This document shows, one piece after another, positions 26,936-32,000 of a stretch of 32,000 nucleotides of DNA (positions within the stretch are counted from its first letter, which is position 1; each line of letters opens with the position of its first letter). The notes beneath the pieces were generated by a model. It saw nothing but the letters and a program-made list of their open reading frames with translations, had not been told where the DNA came from and did not search any database. The stretch spans positions 1,650,001 through 1,682,000 of the forward strand of contig NZ_CP074694.1 of NCBI RefSeq assembly GCF_018398935.1. Reading direction: 5' to 3'. Position numbers and translations under genes: made by a program. Source of the stretch: Telmatocola sphagniphila (GTDB lineage: Bacteria > Planctomycetota > Planctomycetia > Gemmatales > Gemmataceae).

Positions 26936-27970
26936 ATGAATCGCGACACCCATTTGCGTACTTTACCTCCAATGAATTCCGCACTCAAAACGGATCTGCA
27001 CGAGACGATCAAGCTCAGCGGCCCCGCCCGGGAAACGCCAGTCGATCTGAGTACCCGCGCCAACGTTTCCACCGGGGACGAATTGTCCGATTATCCGCCC
27101 TGGGAAATTGGGCATTCGATCAATGGGTATGTGATCACCAACTACGTCGCAATTAAAGACCATCACCGCATTTATCGGAGCATTCATCCGAATCTGCGAA
27201 TTCCAGTGATAATGAAATGCGTTTCCTCCCGGGAACCGCTGATGCGGGAAACGCTCATCAAGCATCTGAGCAACGAGCGCGACATTCTTCGCACCATGAA
27301 TCACAATAACATTCCTCGACTCTGGGACTACCTTGAGCACGAGGATACGCCGATTCTGGTGATCGAATTTATACCCGAGCAATCTCTGAGCGAATTGCTT
27401 CGAAAAGACAAAACGCTTCCACCCAGGAAAGTCTTGCGGATCGCTAAAGAGATCAATTATGCTCTGGACGCGTTGACGCGGCAGCAGATCATCCACCGGG
27501 ATATTAAACCCGGAAATATCATGCTTCCCCCCAACGGGCAGGCAAAACTCATCGATTATGGACTCTCCGTAATCCGAGACGAGGAATATACTCCGGTTCC
27601 CATGGCGCAATTCCAAAACGTCCTGGGAACGGCCGCGTACATGTCGCCAGAACAGATTGAAAATAAAGAGCTGGACCATCGTTCGGATTGGTATTCACTG
27701 GGTGTGACGCTTTACGAGTGCTTGACGGGCAAGCTCCCCTTCGAAGGGACTGACCGCAACCGTATAGCTCTGCGGCATATCCGCGAAGTCCCCATCTCGC
27801 CCTGCTCGATCGACAAATCGATTCCGAAAACGGTGTCCGATTTCGTGATGAGAATGTTGAACAAGCGGCCGGACGACCGGATGTCCGATCATAAAACGGT
27901 CGATGCGGAGATCAATGCTCTGATGCTCACCTGTGAAATGCAGCGAACGACGACGATTTTGTCTCATTGA
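26936..27970 (+). CDS. Stand-alone Hanks-type Ser/Thr protein kinase with glycine-less P-loop
   Basis: Motifs are HRDIKPGNIM, DYG (at the DFG position), GTAAYMSPEQ and the beta3 Lys in PVIMKCV. The glycine-rich loop position reads YVAIKDHHRIY, with no Gly. Confidence 0.85.
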   Translation: MNRDTHLRTLPPMNSALKTDLHETIKLSGPARETPVDLSTRANVSTGDELSDYPPWEIGHSINGYVITNYVAIKDHHRIYRSIHPNLRIPVIMKCVSSREPLMRETLIKHLSNERDILRTMNHNNIPRLWDYLEHEDTPILVIEFIPEQSLSELLRKDKTLPPRKVLRIAKEINYALDALTRQQIIHRDIKPGNIMLPPNGQAKLIDYGLSVIRDEEYTPVPMAQFQNVLGTAAYMSPEQIENKELDHRSDWYSLGVTLYECLTGKLPFEGTDRNRIALRHIREVPISPCSIDKSIPKTVSDFVMRMLNKRPDDRMSDHKTVDAEINALMLTCEMQRTTTILSH

Positions 27971-27996
27971 GAAATTCGGCAAGTTATCTCCTTTCT

Positions 27997-28024
27997 GACG
28001 CAATGAGTCTTCGACTCAGGCGTC
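27997..28024 (+). terminator. Candidate stem-loop downstream of kinase gene
   Basis: The sequence is GACGC-aa-TGAGTC-ttc-GACTCA-g-GCGTC, giving 11 bp of pairing 27 nt after the stop codon. The U-tract is poor (CTATTC), so terminator function is uncertain. Confidence 0.3.
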
Positions 28025-28103
28025 CTATTCGGGGCGGAATCATTTGCTTCGGCGCTCACAAACCGCTAACGTGGAGTTGTGAGACCGCTCCGGAGTATTC
28101 CTC

Positions 28104-30797
28104 ATGTACCATCGACTATTCTTCACGACCCTAGGGGTATTTCTCCTCTCCTCCCGCCTATTATGCGCCCAGGATGCCGCCCCCCTGGCCAATGCCAATT
28201 CCTTGCTACAGCATGGCAAATGGGATGAAGCGAGAAAGGCCTTTGAAAATTTGGCCAAAGAGCCCAAATATCAAGCCGCGGCCAACATCGGATTAGCTCA
28301 ATCCTACCGGATGGTGGGAGATTACGAAAAAGCCTTGACCCTACTCGCCACGGTCCGAAAAACGATCGATTCCTTGGATCTGGCCGCCGCGGAAGGCGAT
28401 TTGCAATATATGCTGGGCCGCTGGTCCGAAGCTCAGAAAACCGCCGAAGAGATACTCGCCAAGGATAAAAATCATTTCCAGGCGCGATGGATTCAAGCTC
28501 GGATAGCTCGCGATAGCGGTAAACTGGATCTGGCCGAAAAGGACGTGCGCTGGTTCGTTCGCGAATACACCAAGGCCAGCAATGAAGACAAGGATATCAC
28601 CGATACCGACAAACTGTTAATCGTCGGGCAGGCGGCAACGGAAAATGCCCGTTGGAAAGGATTGAGCGATCAATTTCGATTCATTCTCAACGAACTTTAT
28701 GCGGACATTTTGAAGATCAATCCGGATGTCTGGGAAGCTGAGTATCAGGCCGGGATTTTACTGCTCGAAAAGTACAACAGGCCGGAGGCCATGGAAGCTT
28801 TCGACAAAGCTCTGAAAATCAATCCCCAGTGTGCGGAAGCACAAGTTGGACGCGGGATGGTCTTCCTGCAGCAGTATGAACTCAAAGACGCCGAGGAAGC
28901 CGTAGAAAAGGCGCTGAACATCAATTCCCGCCTACCCTCGGCCTGCTGCTTGAAAGCGGACATTTTGATGATGTCAGACGATTATGCGACGGCGACTAAA
29001 TTCCTGGAAAAAGCGGTGGCAACCAATCCGAAATACGAACTCGCTCTCGGGCGATTGGCCGCTTGCTATTATCTGCTGAATCAGACGGAAAAGGTGAACG
29101 CGCTGGCTAAACAGGTGGAGAGCTTCACTTCTAAACCGGTGAATTTTTACTACCAGTTGGCCCATGCTCTGGAGGAGCGTAAGAGTTTTAAACCCGCGGA
29201 AGAATACTACCGCAAGGCAATCACCTATGGCGAGCAGTTTCCACAACCGCGAGCGGGCCTGGCCATGCTGGAGTTAAGACTCGGCCAGGAGACGGAAGCC
29301 CGCGATTTACTCAATAAATCGTTCGAGGCCGACCGCTTCAACGTTCGCGTTTCCAACATGCTGAAAGTCCTCAAACACCTGGATAAGTACGATACGCTAC
29401 AAACCAAGCACTATACGATTCGCTTCGATTCCAAGACCGATAAAATCCTGGCGGATTTCATCGCGGATTATCTCGAGGATACCCACACGAAACTGGCCAT
29501 CGAATTCGGCTACGAACCGAAAGAGCGAATTTTAGTTGAACTGTTCAACAGTCATGAAATGTTCAGCGGTCGGACCATCGGGCTGCCGGATTTGCATACC
29601 ATTGGAGCTTGTACCGGCAATGTCGTGACTATCGCTTCCCCCCGAGCCAGGGGATTGTTAAAGCCATTCAACTGGGGAAGAGTCATACGACACGAACTGG
29701 TGCACGCATTCAATCTTAATCAGACCGATTATAAAGTGCCGCACTGGTTGACGGAAGGACTGGCGGTTCGCAACGAGAACCCGGTTCGCCCCTATACCTG
29801 GAGCCGGGAGTTACGCCGAGCGTTTGAGGCCAATGAACTCATGAATTTGGATTCGATTACGCTCGGCTTCGTCCGCCCCCGGTCGCAGGATGAATGGATG
29901 CTCGCCTATTGTCAGAGCAACCTTTATGTCGAATACGTCCGGGAAAAATTTGGACCTCAGAAAATCGGCGAGATGCTGTCCGCCTATCGGGAAGGTCTGG
30001 ATACTACCGCTGTCATTCGGAAGGTTTGCGGCGTAGGCAAAGCCGAATTCGAGGCAGGATACCGGGTTTATCTGAAAAAAATCGTGGCGGATATTCCGCC
30101 GCTGATGACCAAGGTGGAACCGGAGATGAGTATCGAACAGTTGGAGGAGGCTCGAGACAAATCGCCAGAGGATTTGAATGTCGCGGCCAAACTGGCGGAG
30201 CAGTACCAGAAAAAAGAGCGACCGGCGGATGCCCGAAAGCTTGTGGAGATTGTTTTAAAGAAAAAAGCCGACCATCCCATTGCTCTGCTTGTGAAAAGCC
30301 GCTTGCTCGAGGCTTCCGGTGATAGTGCCGCTGCGAAATCGCTTCTGGAAATTGCCCAGAAAGACAATCCGAAAGATGTGGGGATACTCCTGGCCTTGAT
30401 CAAGGCCTACCGGGACGGGGATGATACGAGCAAAGCGATCGTTTTGCTGGAAAAAGCTCGCAAGGAGGCCCCGCTCGATGGAAATTGGCTCGAACAACTC
30501 TCCCAGATTTACTCCATGCGAATGGAGTTGGATAAATTGGCGGACGTGCTGCAGGAACGAGTTCTTTACGAATCTGAGGATCTGGAGGCCCGAATTCAAT
30601 TAGCGAGGGTCTATCTGACGGGAAAAAAATATGCGGACGCGGAAAAAGCGGCAAAAGAGGCTCTGCGAATCGATGTTTTGAACGCCGAGGCTCAAAGAAT
30701 CGTATTAACAGCACTTCGCGAGCAGGAGAAGGATATCGAAGCCAAGGTACTGGAAAAAAGGTTCGGCCCTCCGCCGGCCGAGAAAGATCAGAATTGA
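28104..30797 (+). CDS. Secreted TPR-repeat protein with central peptidase-MA-like (HExxH) zinc-metalloprotease domain
   Basis: The signal peptide is MYHRLFFTTLGVFLLSSRLLCAQD. TPR-like repeats occupy the N- and C-terminal thirds. The centre reads VIRHELVHAFN...HWLTEGLAV, which is HExxH plus a downstream Glu (gluzincin pattern). Confidence 0.75.
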   Translation: MYHRLFFTTLGVFLLSSRLLCAQDAAPLANANSLLQHGKWDEARKAFENLAKEPKYQAAANIGLAQSYRMVGDYEKALTLLATVRKTIDSLDLAAAEGDLQYMLGRWSEAQKTAEEILAKDKNHFQARWIQARIARDSGKLDLAEKDVRWFVREYTKASNEDKDITDTDKLLIVGQAATENARWKGLSDQFRFILNELYADILKINPDVWEAEYQAGILLLEKYNRPEAMEAFDKALKINPQCAEAQVGRGMVFLQQYELKDAEEAVEKALNINSRLPSACCLKADILMMSDDYATATKFLEKAVATNPKYELALGRLAACYYLLNQTEKVNALAKQVESFTSKPVNFYYQLAHALEERKSFKPAEEYYRKAITYGEQFPQPRAGLAMLELRLGQETEARDLLNKSFEADRFNVRVSNMLKVLKHLDKYDTLQTKHYTIRFDSKTDKILADFIADYLEDTHTKLAIEFGYEPKERILVELFNSHEMFSGRTIGLPDLHTIGACTGNVVTIASPRARGLLKPFNWGRVIRHELVHAFNLNQTDYKVPHWLTEGLAVRNENPVRPYTWSRELRRAFEANELMNLDSITLGFVRPRSQDEWMLAYCQSNLYVEYVREKFGPQKIGEMLSAYREGLDTTAVIRKVCGVGKAEFEAGYRVYLKKIVADIPPLMTKVEPEMSIEQLEEARDKSPEDLNVAAKLAEQYQKKERPADARKLVEIVLKKKADHPIALLVKSRLLEASGDSAAAKSLLEIAQKDNPKDVGILLALIKAYRDGDDTSKAIVLLEKARKEAPLDGNWLEQLSQIYSMRMELDKLADVLQERVLYESEDLEARIQLARVYLTGKKYADAEKAAKEALRIDVLNAEAQRIVLTALREQEKDIEAKVLEKRFGPPPAEKDQN

Positions 30798-30846
30798 GTG
30801 ATTTGGAATCCGGCCGGGATATCGAGAAGGTGCTAAGATAGTCAGA

Positions 30847-31182
30847 GTGAAAAACGGTAACGTCGAATCTGTTCGCGATTGGAATTTGACTAAGTTCCAG
30901 CAATTCATCCGCGATGCGTATGGGGCCAAGGATGCCCGACGCGGAATTGATGGGACATTTATGTGGTTCATGTCCGAGGTGGGTGAACTTGCGGAAGCGT
31001 TAAGAGGCCAGCATAAATCCGAGGAAGTCGCCAAAGAATTCGCCGATGTGCTCGCCTGGCTGGCAACCCTGGCTAACATTGCGGGGATAGATTTAAACGC
31101 AGCTATCGAAATGAAATATGGTCGCGGGTGTCCTTATTGTGAGAAGATACCCTGTCTGTGTAGTCCGACGGAGAAACCCTGA
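30847..31182 (+). CDS. MazG-like nucleotide pyrophosphohydrolase domain protein
   Basis: 111 aa. Motifs are FMWFMSEVGELAEAL and EEVAKEFADVLAWLATLANIAGIDL (EExxE/D metal-binding helices). The C-terminal Cys cluster reads GCPYCEKIPCLC. The start codon is GTG. Confidence 0.7.
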   Translation: MKNGNVESVRDWNLTKFQQFIRDAYGAKDARRGIDGTFMWFMSEVGELAEALRGQHKSEEVAKEFADVLAWLATLANIAGIDLNAAIEMKYGRGCPYCEKIPCLCSPTEKP

Positions 31183-31197
31183 TTCTTCAGGTACCGC

Positions 31198-32000
31198 ATG
31201 AGATATCCCAAAAGGCCTACCTTATTCCGCCCGGCGATCGCGCTTCGCGGCTTACTTTCCCTTTTTTTCGTGCTCGGCAGTGTTTTGCCGGTAGTCGCTC
31301 AGCAGGAAACTGAGGTCGACAGCGGTAAAAACAGCCGATATCCGCTTGCCATCCGCCGCGTCCAAGTCGGATTACCCGCTGGTGCATATTCGGGGGAAAA
31401 CGACCGTGACGGCGGCAAAATGAACATTTTCAAGGCCGGGAGTTGGGCTCCGGTCTGGGTCTGGGTCGATTGCCGGAAAGAATACGAAAACAACGCGGTT
31501 CTGGTGGTGGAAACAACCGATTCGGATGAAAATACTACCGTGGCGACCTATCCGATGCCGCACTTTCATGCGGGGGAATCTCGCACCGGATATGAACTCG
31601 GGGTTACGCCTTATCTGAAGCCCGGCAGCTACTACTCCGAAATCCATGTGAGTATTCGGGACGCTGATCGGGGCACCGATTTGGCAGCTTCCGTCAATAA
31701 GAACATTGCGGCATCCCAACAATCTCTGACCAACATCCTGAGTATCGGATCCTCCCTCGGAGGATTTAAATTGGCAGAAGTTAAGTCAAATAATCCCAAT
31801 GACGAAGGGGTCGATAAACTCCGCAATGGCTGGGTGCAACTCACCCAGTGTATCGAAGCCAATCAACTGCCCGATAACTGGCTCGGTTATAAAAGCGTCG
31901 ATCTGGCAATCCTGACGACGGGAAGCGATAGCACCGATTTGAAATTTTTCACCACATTGGGAAAAGACAAAGCGAGGATCTCAGCGCTCCGAGAATGGGT
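31198..32000 (+). CDS. Hypothetical exported protein, 3'-truncated by window edge
   Basis: I translated this by hand from ATG 31198. The frame stays open to base 32000 (267 codons), and it is absent from the ORF track because it has no stop. The N-terminal signal-like segment is MRYPKRPTLFRPAIALRGLLSLFFVLGSVLPVVAQQ. I recognised no family. Confidence 0.6.
   Translation, partial: MRYPKRPTLFRPAIALRGLLSLFFVLGSVLPVVAQQETEVDSGKNSRYPLAIRRVQVGLPAGAYSGENDRDGGKMNIFKAGSWAPVWVWVDCRKEYENNAVLVVETTDSDENTTVATYPMPHFHAGESRTGYELGVTPYLKPGSYYSEIHVSIRDADRGTDLAASVNKNIAASQQSLTNILSIGSSLGGFKLAEVKSNNPNDEGVDKLRNGWVQLTQCIEANQLPDNWLGYKSVDLAILTTGSDSTDLKFFTTLGKDKARISALREW

Noticed and set aside
26963-27679. 238-aa ORF antisense to the stand-alone kinase
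   Set aside because: The sense strand has complete kinase motifs. The antisense translation is low-complexity with no family resemblance. It is the same codon-bias artefact.
31441-31470. Short tandem GTCTGG GTCTGG repeat
   Set aside because: There are only two and a half copies. It lies inside a coding frame, where it encodes VWVWV, and shows no repeat-array character.

Overview
This 32 kb window is a gene-dense chromosomal region with about 25 protein-coding genes and roughly 52-55% GC by eye. I found no rRNA, tRNA, CRISPR array, transposase, integrase or prophage hallmark. The gene content suggests a Planctomycetota-type genome, which is an inference from content only. That content includes a formaldehyde-activating-enzyme (Fae) homologue, a roughly 1000-aa exported WD40 protein, two Hanks-type Ser/Thr kinases (one with RDD membrane modules), TPR/peptidase-MA proteins and Tat/Sec-exported enzymes. 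Housekeeping genes recognised with confidence are thrC, dapB, galE, an FKBP-type PPIase, an Mrp/NBP35-family ATPase and a 5'-truncated RND efflux permease. The most unusual locus is 7901-12640. It holds one MBOAT (AlgI/DltB/PatA-like) membrane O-acyltransferase followed, with a 3-nt gap and then 11-nt and 4-nt overlaps, by three mutually divergent paralogues. Each paralogue is N-terminally membrane-anchored and DltD/DUF1574-like, with a GSS/GTS ... DxHHL signature. This is a 1:3 variant of the known two-component MBOAT + SGNH-like glycan O-acylation systems, and no carrier protein, ligase or polysaccharide synthase lies nearby. Five further loci deserve attention. One is a Zn-ribbon/kinase/RDD/pseudokinase/RDD protein directly upstream of that cluster. 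A second is a ThDP-dependent enzyme with an apparent twin-arginine signal. A third is a bacterial XPB-Bax1 (DUF790) helicase-nuclease pair with overlapping reading frames. A fourth is a split HCF101-like DUF971 + Mrp (no CxxC) + PHP operon. The fifth is an orphan fae gene. All family assignments come from motif recognition by eye, not from database searches.
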